A stretch of DNA of 39,481 nt, from the IMG/VR virus record IMGVR_UViG_3300036987_000217, positions 1-39,481 of that record; one strand, 5' to 3'. This document shows, piece after piece, positions 1-9,275 of the stretch (its first letter is position 1; every line of letters starts with the position of its first letter). The stretch is from a virus. Its lineage: Duplodnaviria; Caudoviricetes. The translations under genes and the position numbers were made by a program. The notes under the pieces are model-generated. The model had not been told where the DNA came from. It did no database searches and worked only from the letters and a program-made list of their open reading frames with translations.

Positions 1-1118
1 AAGAGAGACACGTCGTTGTTGTTGTTGGCCGTAGTGTCCTTGCCGACCGTGATCCACGTGGAGTTATCGGTCGACACTTGGATCGCGAACACGCTGTCCG
101 AGGTCTGGTTGTTGCCGTAGACGTAGACGTTTGCCGCGATCGTCTTGCCGCTCGTGTTCTGGTAGCTGGTACCGATGGTGCGCGAGCCCAAAACCGACTG
201 CCAAGTTTGGCCAGCGAACGCAACAGTCGCAATGCCGGTGAGCTGCGACCCGTCGACTGACGGGAGCTTGCCGGTCGCGTCCAGCTTCAGGAGTTTGTTG
301 GCGCCGCTCGTTCCTGTGTCGCTCTCCTTTAGAATGTTGGAGCCACCGATCTTGGGCGTCCCTGTGAAATCAGGACTGTCGATCGGCGCCTTGTCATCGA
401 GGGCGCCCTGGAGGCCGGTTACCGTCGAAATCGCTTGAGTGTGCGAAGCATCAGCTTTGCCTGAGAGACCGGCAGAGAGCTCCGCCAGGGTGTCAAATGA
501 CGCGGAAACGCCGGCACGCAGTGTGGCGACCGCTGCCGCGATGGCTCCATCCGTCTCCTCGATGGTGTAAGCACCGACCTGCGCCGCCGTCGTCATGTGC
601 GGGTTGTCGACGCGCGTGGCGTGTTCGAGGTCAGGCGGTGCCGAAACGCGCAGCCGCCAGGCGTCGAAGGTGCCCTCGCCGATGGCCGACAGAACGTCGA
701 CCATCAACAGGCCGTTCGGCCGATCATACTGGACCACTGACGCGATCATGCCGTTGTCCGGGTCGTCGACGGACGAAATCGCCACGTACTCCGTCACCAC
801 CCACGCCGCGCGCGTCTGCGGCGTGATAACGAACGTGAGCGCACCGAGCGCGATCTCGTTCTCGGTGAGGCTTTCGGCCTCGAAGCGCGCGCCGACGCTC
901 TCAAGCTGCTCGATGGCGTTCTGAATAACGGGTGTGAAGGTCTCGTTGAGCCGCTGCAGCCCGACGGACACAAGCTGCTCGACGGCGCCGTCGATCTTCT
1001 CGCCGTCAAGCTCCCGGGAGTGCATGCGGCTATCGAGGTCGTCGAAAATGCGATACCAGAGGCGCGGGTCGCCAAGGTCATCGCCGTTCTTGAAGGCGTA
1101 GTTCTCGATGCGCCGCAT
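1..1118 (-). CDS. Tail fibre protein, 3' end beyond window (absent from ORF track because no stop is in the window)
   Basis: Translated by hand from ATG 1118: MRRIENYAFKNGDDLGDPRLW...; fibre motifs DNPHMTTAAQVGAY, DTLAEL, SHTQAISTVTGLQGALDDKAPIDSPDFTGTP, LDATGKLPSVDGSQL, GQTWQSVLGSRTIGTSYQNTSGKTI; same frame at both ends. Confidence 0.88.
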   Translation of the reverse strand, partial: MRRIENYAFKNGDDLGDPRLWYRIFDDLDSRMHSRELDGEKIDGAVEQLVSVGLQRLNETFTPVIQNAIEQLESVGARFEAESLTENEIALGALTFVITPQTRAAWVVTEYVAISSVDDPDNGMIASVVQYDRPNGLLMVDVLSAIGEGTFDAWRLRVSAPPDLEHATRVDNPHMTTAAQVGAYTIEETDGAIAAAVATLRAGVSASFDTLAELSAGLSGKADASHTQAISTVTGLQGALDDKAPIDSPDFTGTPKIGGSNILKESDTGTSGANKLLKLDATGKLPSVDGSQLTGIATVAFAGQTWQSVLGSRTIGTSYQNTSGKTIAANVYVYGNNQTSDSVFAIQVSTDNSTWITVGKDTTANNNNDVSL

Positions 1119-1125
1119 TGACGGA

Positions 1126-1311
1126 TTACTCCAACTTGGTCGCGGACTCGACGGCATCGCCTAGGCCGGCGAGGCGCTTGCCCTTGAGTTTCACCTTGTC
1201 GCACGGACGCAGGACCATGCCGCCGAACGGCACCGCTCGCGTCAGCTTGACCAGGTACGTGGCCTCCGCCTCGTAGGAGGCCGCCGACGCATCGGGCTTT
1301 TTCTTTGCCAT
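1126..1311 (-). CDS. Small tail-region hypothetical protein (about 61 aa)
   Basis: Fills the gap between the 756-aa gene and the fibre; MAKKKPDASAAS...; start 1311 or 1317. Confidence 0.7.
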   Translation of the reverse strand: MAKKKPDASAASYEAEATYLVKLTRAVPFGGMVLRPCDKVKLKGKRLAGLGDAVESATKLE

Positions 1312-1356
1312 CTGCAAAGCTCCAATCTGGTTCGGGTTGAGGTGGTCAGGCGGTCG

Positions 1357-3627
1357 TTAGACCGCCCAATGGATGCGCTCGGCCACGTGGAAGGTGTTGC
1401 CGGCCGAGTTGGTCGTGCCCGTCGTCTCGATCGTGAACTGAGTGATGGGGCCGCTCGCGATGTCGAAGCGATAAAGGAACTCGAACTGCTTGCGGGCCGG
1501 ATCGGTCGACTTGACCGTGGTCGCGTCCGGCGTCTCCCAATTGGTGCCGGCGTTGCCGCGACGAATGCGGCACGCCAGGTCGTGCGGCGTGTCCTCGAAG
1601 CCCTCGACGATGAGCTTGACGTAAATCTCGTCTGAGGCGTTGCCGAGCGTCTGCAGGTCCGAAATGTGCTTGAACGCCAGCTTCGGCCGCGCGACGTAGA
1701 CCCGCGAGCCGGTAAGCTGGATGCCCGGCATCATGTCGCGAGTGCCGACGAAGCGCGCGCGGAACTGGCACAGCGGCGGTGCGGCCACAAGGCTTGCTGT
1801 GTCGTGCTGCGTCAGCGGCAACCACTCACCCGAGCCGTTGGGTCGGATTTCGTAAACCAGCTGCGTCGATTCCGGCTGGATGCAGCCGGCCAGGATGTCG
1901 ATGTTGCGGATGCCGCCGTCGAGGTTGATGGCGCCGAACTCGATCGTGACCTGCGAAGCGTTGAACTTGGCGCCCCACACTTCGAACATCAGGTCCCTCA
2001 TCAGGTCGCCCTGGTAGTAGACCGAGTCCGTCGAGTAGAAGAACGTGCCGTCGAGGTAGCTCTGCCCGTAGGTCATGCCGAACTTATGGTTCGCGCCCGA
2101 CGTCAGCACCACAGCGTAGCGCTTGCCCTTTTCGAGGAACGTCGGCGGGATTTCGACGCGGTTCCAGCCGACGACGATGTTCGCGTGCGGATAGGTCGTG
2201 TGCATGATCGTCTGCGACAGATCGGGCACGCCGAGCTTGACCTCACAGAGCGTGACGAAGATGTTTTCGGCCGCCGCTTTCGACGTGATGTAGAAGCCGA
2301 GCCGCGTCGACCACATATCGTTCGAAACGAGGAACGATTGCGCGATCTGCGCGCCGGTAATGGTGTGCTCGATCGTTTCGAGTTCCCAATACGTCTCGGT
2401 CCAGCTATCGCGCCAATAGTAGTCGTAATAGTAGATCAGGTGGCCCGGGTCGCCGTTGGTGGTGACGACGGTCTCCTCATAGGTCTCGAAGTCGGGCAAC
2501 CAATAGGGCGCCTGCTGGCCGTCGCCGTAAGAGTTGTAGCCCGCCCAGCCGTTGGTGCAGACCCAATACTGGCCGCCGTAGCGCGTGCGCTCCTTGCGGA
2601 TTTTCTTCTGCACCAGGTCGTAGGTCTGGAAGCCGTACTGCGCGATGCCGAGTTCCGAATGATATTCGCCGGTGACGATTTTCGTCTCGCTCGTGTACTT
2701 CGGCAGCAGAAAGCCGTTTTGATAGGCGGCGTTCGGATCGTTCGCCGAAAAGAGCGTCATCTCGAACTGGTCGGCGTTCGCATCCGGGAACCGCACGCCC
2801 ATCTCGACCTTGGCATCCCATCCAAGCGCCTGGCTGTTCTCGTCATCGGACTCGTCCGGCAACAGGAAGCGATCGGCGCCGTAGTCGGAGTAGGTGTCCG
2901 GCAGGTCGACGCGCTCCTTGATGCGGCCGAGGTCCTCATAGAGCCGGACAAGCTCCTGATTGGCGGCGGCCCGGCTCAACTTCGCGGCAAGCGCGGCCAT
3001 GTCCGACGCGAGCGAGGCGATGCGGTTCTCGACCGAGGATTTCCAGCCCTCCAGGACATCGGTGCGCTGGTCGAGCAGTTCGTTGCTCTCGATACGGTTG
3101 TCGAGCAGCATCGTCACCGACACGACCTGCGTCGCATCGAGCAGCACGTGCGCAATGGCGACGTGGCTCGCCGGCAGCGGCGGCGGCTGCGGGTCGGCCG
3201 ATTCCGCACCCTGCGTGAACGACAGCACCGCATCGCGCGACTTGGTCGTGGTGACGGATTGCGGTTCGACGGTGCGATTCTCGACGTCGATGAGCACGTC
3301 GCGCTCGACGAGGTCCGTCTCGTTCTCGACGCCGGACACTGAAACGACCACGATGCGCTTCGAGGCGGCGGCCAGGTGCGTCAACATGCTCTGCGTCACT
3401 GTCGAGCGCCGCGCATACATGGCGCCGGCGACATCGTAGAAGCGGCCCGGCGCGACCTGAACCTCCGCCTGGCTCGACTTGATCACGGTAAAGCCACCGA
3501 ACTTGCGGGCGGCCGTAACGACGTCGCCAATGAGCAGGTCCAGTGTCTCGCGCGTGTAGGCCTGCGCATTGGTGTGGTCGATCGACTGCTGTTCCTGGTA
3601 GTCGCGAAAGATCGCTTGCTTAAGCAT
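1357..3627 (-). CDS. Large baseplate/tail-associated structural protein (756 aa)
   Basis: Long ORF with RBS (AAGGGA), directly after gpI; N-terminal VQVAPGRFY...SADPQPPPLP..VAIAHVLL baseplate-type segment, coiled coil, beta-rich remainder. Confidence 0.8.
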   Translation of the reverse strand: MLKQAIFRDYQEQQSIDHTNAQAYTRETLDLLIGDVVTAARKFGGFTVIKSSQAEVQVAPGRFYDVAGAMYARRSTVTQSMLTHLAAASKRIVVVSVSGVENETDLVERDVLIDVENRTVEPQSVTTTKSRDAVLSFTQGAESADPQPPPLPASHVAIAHVLLDATQVVSVTMLLDNRIESNELLDQRTDVLEGWKSSVENRIASLASDMAALAAKLSRAAANQELVRLYEDLGRIKERVDLPDTYSDYGADRFLLPDESDDENSQALGWDAKVEMGVRFPDANADQFEMTLFSANDPNAAYQNGFLLPKYTSETKIVTGEYHSELGIAQYGFQTYDLVQKKIRKERTRYGGQYWVCTNGWAGYNSYGDGQQAPYWLPDFETYEETVVTTNGDPGHLIYYYDYYWRDSWTETYWELETIEHTITGAQIAQSFLVSNDMWSTRLGFYITSKAAAENIFVTLCEVKLGVPDLSQTIMHTTYPHANIVVGWNRVEIPPTFLEKGKRYAVVLTSGANHKFGMTYGQSYLDGTFFYSTDSVYYQGDLMRDLMFEVWGAKFNASQVTIEFGAINLDGGIRNIDILAGCIQPESTQLVYEIRPNGSGEWLPLTQHDTASLVAAPPLCQFRARFVGTRDMMPGIQLTGSRVYVARPKLAFKHISDLQTLGNASDEIYVKLIVEGFEDTPHDLACRIRRGNAGTNWETPDATTVKSTDPARKQFEFLYRFDIASGPITQFTIETTGTTNSAGNTFHVAERIHWAV

Positions 3628-3642
3628 GAGTGGGCTTTCCCT

Positions 3643-4851
3643 TTAGTTCGGTCGACCGACGATGAAGCTCTGACCGGCGCGAAACACCCGCCCGGCGATG
3701 AATTTGCGCTCCGGTCCCGTGCTCATGAGGATGCGGTCGGAGGCGCGCTTTGACGCCACGATGGCGTCCTGTACGCGTCGCACGCGGTCTGACGCGGTCG
3801 ACGGAATCCAGAACCTGGCCTTCATTGCAATGATGCCGTCGCCGGCGGCGAGGTCCGATCGCTTGCCCGGTATCGAGGCCTTGACGTGCGCCGTGTGGGC
3901 AGGGAAGCCGTAGCGGCCCACGCCCATGAACTGGATCGCCGGCGAACGGTTCGGCCGCGATCCGTCGAACACCGCGTACCGCTGAAAAATGCGCAGCGGA
4001 GCCGTTGACGGCACCCAAAACCCGTCGCGGCAGATGTCACCGGAAAATACGCCGGCGCCCTTTGTGCCCCGTACAACGACGCGCTCGGGCTCGCTGGTGA
4101 CGGCCGTGAGCGTTGGTCCGACCGGAGAACGCCACGGAAGCCTCGTCTCGGGCTGAATCGTGACCAGCCGCTTGCGCGCGTCCGACGGGATGAAGAATTT
4201 TCCGGGCTCGAAGGGTTCGTTGCTGAACACTTTGAGGCCGGCAGCCGCTTTGATGTGGAGGCGAAAGTAGCCGCCGAAATCGGAAACGCGCGTCTCCGTC
4301 TCAACGTCGTCGACCACCCACCGCGCGCGCCGGCGCAAGCGCTGCTGCGCGGTGGAGGGAATGGCGAACGAGCCCTCGACGAAGTGCGCCCAGCTTTTGC
4401 CGCCGTAGAACGACTTGGCGGCCGGTGCAGTGCCCGACTCTTGAATGCGCCAGGTGCGGACCTGCGGGAGCTTCGATAGCCACGCTTCGCGCTGTTCACG
4501 CGTTAGTGCGGGTCCGGAAAACACCTTCTGCGGCGGCGTCGTGATCTCGCGCACGGTGCCGCCGGCGTACCGGACGTACTCCCGCAGCGCGTAGGCGGTG
4601 CCCTTGCGTTTGTGCAGATGAATCGAGCGCGCAGTGATCGCGCGCTTTGCCGTTTCGGACCAGTCGTCGGGCCAGAAGTCGACCGATCGCTCCCATGCGA
4701 GATACGGCAGCACCGACGCCGATGTTTCGAACGGCCGGAATACCTCCCGGATCGGCGTAGGCACTTCAAGGATGCGCCGCGCCGCGCGTGCCAGCGCGCG
4801 CTCGTAGGGCGTCGCGTTCGGTGGCAACAGGTCGAAGGCCGACGCGGTCAT
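3643..4851 (-). CDS. Phage tail protein I (P2 gpI-like) with C-terminal extension
   Basis: LLPPNATPYERALA...LPYLAWERSVDFWPDDWSETAKRAI...HKRKGTAYAL is the gpI signature; follows gpJ. Confidence 0.9.
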   Translation of the reverse strand: MTASAFDLLPPNATPYERALARAARRILEVPTPIREVFRPFETSASVLPYLAWERSVDFWPDDWSETAKRAITARSIHLHKRKGTAYALREYVRYAGGTVREITTPPQKVFSGPALTREQREAWLSKLPQVRTWRIQESGTAPAAKSFYGGKSWAHFVEGSFAIPSTAQQRLRRRARWVVDDVETETRVSDFGGYFRLHIKAAAGLKVFSNEPFEPGKFFIPSDARKRLVTIQPETRLPWRSPVGPTLTAVTSEPERVVVRGTKGAGVFSGDICRDGFWVPSTAPLRIFQRYAVFDGSRPNRSPAIQFMGVGRYGFPAHTAHVKASIPGKRSDLAAGDGIIAMKARFWIPSTASDRVRRVQDAIVASKRASDRILMSTGPERKFIAGRVFRAGQSFIVGRPN

Positions 4852-4858
4852 GAAAGCC

Positions 4859-5761
4859 TCAATCGGCGATGATGGTGACGGTGAGCCCCGTCATGTATGG
4901 GATCTGCTCATCGCTGCAGACGACGTCACTTGCCGGGCCGGCGATCGCGAGCGTTTCGACGCCGGCGACGAACGCCGAGGCGGTGATGCCCGGTCGATAG
5001 ACCTCCGCCCCGATACGGTAACGGTCGGCTGCATAGCCCCGGATGCGCTTTTCGATTTCGGCCTTGATCGTGGCCGGGTCGAAGCCGAACTGCAGCTGCG
5101 CAGAAACGGTGGCCACATAGTCGACGCGTTGCGCGCGCCGCACGACGACGGTGTCCGTCAACGGGCGGACGTCTTCCCGCTCAAGACGAGTCGCGAGTTT
5201 GGCGATGATGGCGTCCGTGACAGGCGCGCCGTTGAAGCCCGCGAGGATGACGTCGACGCGGCCGTCGGCCGGCCCCTTCGGACAGTACGCCCACGCATCG
5301 GCAATCGACGGGTCGCTGGACAGCGCGTGAAAAATATAGGCGCCGCGTGAGCCGGTGGTTGCGAACGCCTCCGGTGCAAGTTGTAGCCGCCGGCGGTAGC
5401 GCTCGTCGTCCTCCATGATAGGCGCGCCCGTGTCCGGGTCGGTGCCCATCACCATGCGCGGCGTTTCGAAGTCTACGCCACGATGGTCGAGGTCGGCGCC
5501 GTGCGCGTAGGCGAGCAACACAGCGCGCACCGCGTCGTTGACGCGCTGGCGAAGCAAAAGCTCGCTATAGGCGGCGACCTCCAGGAATTTGACGGCGGGG
5601 TCGCTTTCGAGGTTCTGCACGTTGTAGGCGATGCCGAGTTCGTTCAAGCGAGCGACGCCGTCGGCCTTCATTCGGGCGAGAATGGCCTCGTAGCTCAACT
5701 CCTCGACAACGGCCGGCTTCGCCAGCGCATTGAGGCTGACGGCGGTAAAACCGATCGGCAT
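4859..5761 (-). CDS. Baseplate J-like protein
   Basis: LESDPAVKFLEVAAYSELLLRQRVNDAVRAVLLAYAHGADLD, EDDERYRRRLQLAPEAFATTGSRGAYIFHALS, VRPLTDTVVV. Confidence 0.95.
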   Translation of the reverse strand: MPIGFTAVSLNALAKPAVVEELSYEAILARMKADGVARLNELGIAYNVQNLESDPAVKFLEVAAYSELLLRQRVNDAVRAVLLAYAHGADLDHRGVDFETPRMVMGTDPDTGAPIMEDDERYRRRLQLAPEAFATTGSRGAYIFHALSSDPSIADAWAYCPKGPADGRVDVILAGFNGAPVTDAIIAKLATRLEREDVRPLTDTVVVRRAQRVDYVATVSAQLQFGFDPATIKAEIEKRIRGYAADRYRIGAEVYRPGITASAFVAGVETLAIAGPASDVVCSDEQIPYMTGLTVTIIAD

Positions 5762-5770
5762 GGCTTGTCC

Positions 5771-6175
5771 TTAGGCGGCCGCGCGGAAGCCTTCCTCGGC
5801 CATCTGGACGAGGTCGAGCACCAGCGTGTTGTCATTGGCGGGGGTCGTGTCGCCGAGGTGCCCGCGGGGGAGGTACTGGCCGACCAGGCGCAGCGTGGTG
5901 TTGCCCGCTGCGCTCGCGTCGACGAAATAGACCTCCAGCAGCTTGAACCGGGGCTCCCAACGGTCCAGCGCCTCGGCGGTGGCGACGTAAAACATCAACA
6001 GCGAGTGGTCGTTCATCGGCGCGTCGATGAGTTTCGGCAGGTCCGAGCCGTACTCGCGCCGCATGACGCGCGTGCCGACGCGCGTGGTGAGAATGTCCTC
6101 GATCGACTGCTTAACGTGCTCCCAATCGACGAGCACCTTGCCGGTCCGCCGACTGATACCGACCGAGTCCGGCAT
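5771..6175 (-). CDS. Baseplate wedge protein W (P2 gpW / gp25 family)
   Basis: EHVKQSIEDILTTRVGTRVMRREYGSDLPKLIDAPMN...EALDRWEPRF. Confidence 0.95.
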   Translation of the reverse strand: MPDSVGISRRTGKVLVDWEHVKQSIEDILTTRVGTRVMRREYGSDLPKLIDAPMNDHSLLMFYVATAEALDRWEPRFKLLEVYFVDASAAGNTTLRLVGQYLPRGHLGDTTPANDNTLVLDLVQMAEEGFRAAA

Positions 6176-6178
6176 GGC

Positions 6179-6370
6179 TCAGCCCTTCGCGCGGCGGCCG
6201 CGGCCTGGCGCCTTCGGGGTGTCGGCGACGGTCGGCACCGGCTGCATGCGATGCAGTTCGTGCTGCGCCTGCTTGGGAAAAAGGCGGATGCGCTGGCCGA
6301 CCTTGTAGAAGTCGCCGGCAAAGAAGCCGGCCTGCGTGAATTCGTAAAGCTGCTTGGCCTCGTTCGCCAT
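6179..6370 (-). CDS. Small hypothetical protein (63 aa) in baseplate cluster
   Basis: GAGGAG RBS, tight packing between PAAR and gpW. Confidence 0.7.
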   Translation of the reverse strand: MANEAKQLYEFTQAGFFAGDFYKVGQRIRLFPKQAQHELHRMQPVPTVADTPKAPGRGRRAKG

Positions 6371-6382
6371 CGGTCGTGCTCC

Positions 6383-6655
6383 TCAGTCTGAAAGTTTGAA
6401 CCAGCTTGCGCCGGAGGTCGGATGTCCGCAGCCGGCGAGGTGTCCCTGCCGGCAAACGGGAATGCCGTCGATCGAAACAAAACTCGAGCCTTGGGCCATG
6501 TTGTCCCCGCCCGGCACATGCGGGAAAAAGCCGTGCGGTGCGTTGACGTCGCCGCGCACCATCCAAAGCATGCCCTCGACCGTTACGAAGGTCTGATTGG
6601 CGCCGATCTGCGGCCCCGCGGCCGTGTCCATCGACCGGCGTGCGACCCCGAACAT
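6383..6655 (-). CDS. PAAR-like spike tip protein (90 aa)
   Basis: True start ATG 6655 (TGATG overlap); VRGDVNAPHG...PH...MAQGSSFVSIDGIPVCRQGHLAGCGH with His/Cys metal ligands. Confidence 0.85.
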   Translation of the reverse strand: MFGVARRSMDTAAGPQIGANQTFVTVEGMLWMVRGDVNAPHGFFPHVPGGDNMAQGSSFVSIDGIPVCRQGHLAGCGHPTSGASWFKLSD

Positions 6656-7047
6656 CAGGCGTCGACCGGGATGGGGCCGAAGAAGCTGGCCATGACGTTG
6701 GCGATGGCGACCGGCTGAAGCGCGGCGATCGCCGCCGTGCACCAGGTTAGAAGTTGCGCGTCGCCGAACGCGAAGGTGTTGCTGTCGAAATAGGCGTTTC
6801 CGCGCGACCAGGAGCCGTCCTCACCGTCGCCGGAAAGCATGATGATAATCGCCTTGCGCATCACCGCACTCTGCACCGTCAGAGTGGCCGTGCGCGTCAC
6901 GCTGGTCATGGGCGTCGGCACCCCGCCAACGTCGCCAACGGACGCCTCTGTGTGCTTGTCCTGGCTCACGGACACCACTCGCCACCCTCGCGCCGGGTCG
7001 ACAAGTTGGGCTTTCATGGTTGCGAGGACCTCCGCCGGCATATCCAT
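6655..7047 (-). CDS. Hypothetical protein (130 aa) between spike and PAAR
   Basis: Tightly packed with both neighbours. Confidence 0.7.
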   Translation of the reverse strand: MDMPAEVLATMKAQLVDPARGWRVVSVSQDKHTEASVGDVGGVPTPMTSVTRTATLTVQSAVMRKAIIIMLSGDGEDGSWSRGNAYFDSNTFAFGDAQLLTWCTAAIAALQPVAIANVMASFFGPIPVDA

Positions 7048-7052
7048 CGGGC

Positions 7053-7559
7053 TTAGCTCATCGGAATGTCAGAGGCGGCGACGCCTGGCTGCGTCGTGAT
7101 TGAACTGTTCTCGTTCTCGAACTCGATCTTGCCAGCCGTGACTTTCTTGCTGCCCACCGTGTGCTCGAACTTGTCGGCGGTCATAAGGATGGTGTGCTTG
7201 TCACCGATCTTTATCATCGCCTCGCCCACCTTGTTGTGCGGGCGCGGGTTCTGGTTCGAAGGCAGCGCCGTGTCGATAACCGCGTCGGTGAAATCGCCGG
7301 AATCGGACTCCACGCTCACCTGCTCGCCGACAGAAGGCGGAAAGTGCGTTTTGATGAAGCCCATCCGCTGTTCTTTCCAGGGGATCGGCGGCGACAGGTA
7401 GGGTTGGCCGGTCGCGGGGTCCTTGCCGATCGCGACGCGGGCTAAACCCTTTTCGCCGTCGACTTCGACCACTTTGCCCTTGCGCGACCGGTTTTCGAGC
7501 CGTCGCTCGACCTCCTCCATGCGGTGGTATAGGTCAACGATGACGGCGGACAACTTCAT
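7053..7559 (-). CDS. Baseplate assembly/spike protein V (gpV-like, 168 aa)
   Basis: Start ATG 7559 (ATGA overlap); GKVVEVDGEKGLARV...IPWKEQRMG...PPSVGEQV...SGDFTDAVI OB-fold signature. Confidence 0.9.
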   Translation of the reverse strand: MKLSAVIVDLYHRMEEVERRLENRSRKGKVVEVDGEKGLARVAIGKDPATGQPYLSPPIPWKEQRMGFIKTHFPPSVGEQVSVESDSGDFTDAVIDTALPSNQNPRPHNKVGEAMIKIGDKHTILMTADKFEHTVGSKKVTAGKIEFENENSSITTQPGVAASDIPMS

Positions 7560-8341
7560 GGCAGTGAGCCTGGTGCAACGGGCTGCGTCGCCGGCGTCAT
7601 CGCCTCGAATTCCGGCGAGGTCGCCTCCGCCGCGGACGGCGGCGCTAGCCGCAGCGCGCGCGCCTCGTCGAGCGTCATGCCGTATCCGGCCCGCAGGACC
7701 TGCCAAGCCGGCAACTCGACGGGCGTCCCCTCGATCAGGGCGTGCAGCGTCGGCGCGATCGGCGCCAGGTCGGGCGTCGCATCGACCAGGCCGAGGAATT
7801 TGGTCCACAGCGGGCCAGGCGTGACGCCGGGGCGCGGATCGCCGGGCAGTTGGATGGTGAGCAATAGTTGCCTTCCGGCAAAGCGAACGCCGTCGCGCAT
7901 CGACGAACCGCGGCGGTCGTGCATCTGTGTGATCGTGACGGCGAATTCGCGCCACAGTTCGGCCCATGGGTTCGCCGCGTCCATGAGCGCGACCATCACC
8001 TGGCGCGTAAGTACGCCGATGGCGAATTCCATGGCCGCATCCGTCTCTATCGGCGCCAGCGCATCGGCCTCTTGATCCTGATCGGGCAGGCGAACTTTCA
8101 TGCGCTGCGTGGCGACGATCTCGATCACAAGGTCCTGCTTGCCGCCGGCGAACAACTGGCGCGGCTCGGTAGCCGCAACGGTGCAATCGTCGGTGAACAC
8201 CAGAATTTCGGGCTCTGATTTGTCCTCGACGTAGTCCTCAATTGGCCCTTGCTCGGAATCCTTGACGCGGTTGCCGACCGCCGTCGCGCCGCGCAAAGCA
8301 CGCACGGTGCAAAGGCGAAGCGCCTCGCGAGCGAGCGACAT
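7556..8341 (-). CDS. Putative tail completion/terminator protein (261 aa)
   Basis: Start ATG 8341 (TGATG overlap), MSLAREALRLCTVRALRGAT.VGNRVKDS...PEILVFTDD; position between head closure and gpV. Confidence 0.65.
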   Translation of the reverse strand: MSLAREALRLCTVRALRGATAVGNRVKDSEQGPIEDYVEDKSEPEILVFTDDCTVAATEPRQLFAGGKQDLVIEIVATQRMKVRLPDQDQEADALAPIETDAAMEFAIGVLTRQVMVALMDAANPWAELWREFAVTITQMHDRRGSSMRDGVRFAGRQLLLTIQLPGDPRPGVTPGPLWTKFLGLVDATPDLAPIAPTLHALIEGTPVELPAWQVLRAGYGMTLDEARALRLAPPSAAEATSPEFEAMTPATQPVAPGSLP

Positions 8342-8724
8342 CAGTCGGTTCCGATCTTGCAAAGAGTGATGCGCAGGCGCGCCGGGTCCGAATGGTCGAC
8401 GCGGCCGACCTTGTATTCGGTCCAGGGCCGCTCGGGCAGCGCAACCGCATCGTCCTTGTGGACTTTCCACCCGGCCGGGAGAAGCTCGCGGCGGATTTCG
8501 GCCTCAAGCTCCTCATACGGCACCCGCGCATTGAGCTTGGCGATGTCGGCCGACGACGGGTCGATGAAATCGGCCAAGCCGATGACGTCGATGACGGGAC
8601 GCGAGCCGTCAACGGCGCGCCCGAAGTCGCCATTGGCCAGCGGCGTAATCACGATCCGCTCGCCAATGTGATCGTCGAGCCTGGTCTCCATGGCGGCGAG
8701 CGACGCCGAGAACGGCGAAGGCAT
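8341..8724 (-). CDS. Putative head closure / head-tail joining protein (127 aa)
   Basis: Size, position after the capsid genes, beta-rich C-terminus (EYKVGRVDHSDPARLRITL). Confidence 0.65.
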   Translation of the reverse strand: MPSPFSASLAAMETRLDDHIGERIVITPLANGDFGRAVDGSRPVIDVIGLADFIDPSSADIAKLNARVPYEELEAEIRRELLPAGWKVHKDDAVALPERPWTEYKVGRVDHSDPARLRITLCKIGTD

Positions 8725-9173
8725 CAGACGTCGGCCGCCTGGTGCTTCTTCAGTGCCTCAAGAAGCTCGTCCTTCCTCATGCTCTTGGCGCCCTCGATAC
8801 CGGCCACGATGGCGAGTTCGAGAAGTTCGTCCTTCAGCAAGCCGTCAAACGTTCCGGGACCCTCGCCGTCGACCTCGTCAGCGTCACCCTCGCCGTCGCC
8901 GATGTCCTGGTGATCATTGGTGCCCTCACCATCGGCGCGCGCCGCCGCGAGTGCCTCGTCGGCAGCGTGCGCGAGAACGGCCGCCTGCTCGGCGGTGAAT
9001 TGCTGCCCCGGCGGCAAGTCCGCGATCGACACCGGAATATGGACCGCGAGGCCCTGCTCGATGATCTCGCCGGCGAGCGCATCCGGGACCTCGCCGGACC
9101 AATCGCTCGGGTAGGTCTTGGATGAGACGCGATCGATTTTTACCGTCGTCTCGACAAGGAATTTAAGGCGCAT
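8724..9173 (-). CDS. Hypothetical protein with C-terminal Rho-N-like (HeH) domain
   Basis: C-terminal FDGLLKDELLELAIVAGIEGAKSMRKDELLEAL matches the Rho_N pattern, after an acidic linker. Confidence 0.75.
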   Translation of the reverse strand: MRLKFLVETTVKIDRVSSKTYPSDWSGEVPDALAGEIIEQGLAVHIPVSIADLPPGQQFTAEQAAVLAHAADEALAAARADGEGTNDHQDIGDGEGDADEVDGEGPGTFDGLLKDELLELAIVAGIEGAKSMRKDELLEALKKHQAADV

Positions 9174-9216
9174 GGTGTGTTCCCCCGTAAGTTTCGGAAA
9201 GCGAGCGGCGCTCGAC

Positions 9217-9249
9217 GCAAAGCCCGCCGGCGTGACGTCGCCGGCGGGC
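9217..9249 (-). terminator. Hairpin/weak intrinsic terminator after major capsid gene
   Basis: Perfect 11-bp stem GCCCGCCGGCG (9222-9232)/CGCCGGCGGGC (9239-9249) followed on - by only TTTGC. Confidence 0.6.
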
Positions 9250-9275
9250 GCTGAATTGAGCGTCGGGTGCGACGC

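Noticed and set aside
15-115. AAC-codon runs (NNNN, GNNQ) near the tail fibre C-terminus, suggesting a DGR template or variable region
   Set aside because: No reverse transcriptase and no second adenine-variant copy in the window; cannot be assessed beyond the left edge
7053-8470. ORF-track long versions (377 aa and 304 aa) of gpV and its upstream gene
   Set aside because: N-terminal extensions overlap real genes; coupled starts at 7559 and 8341 fit better
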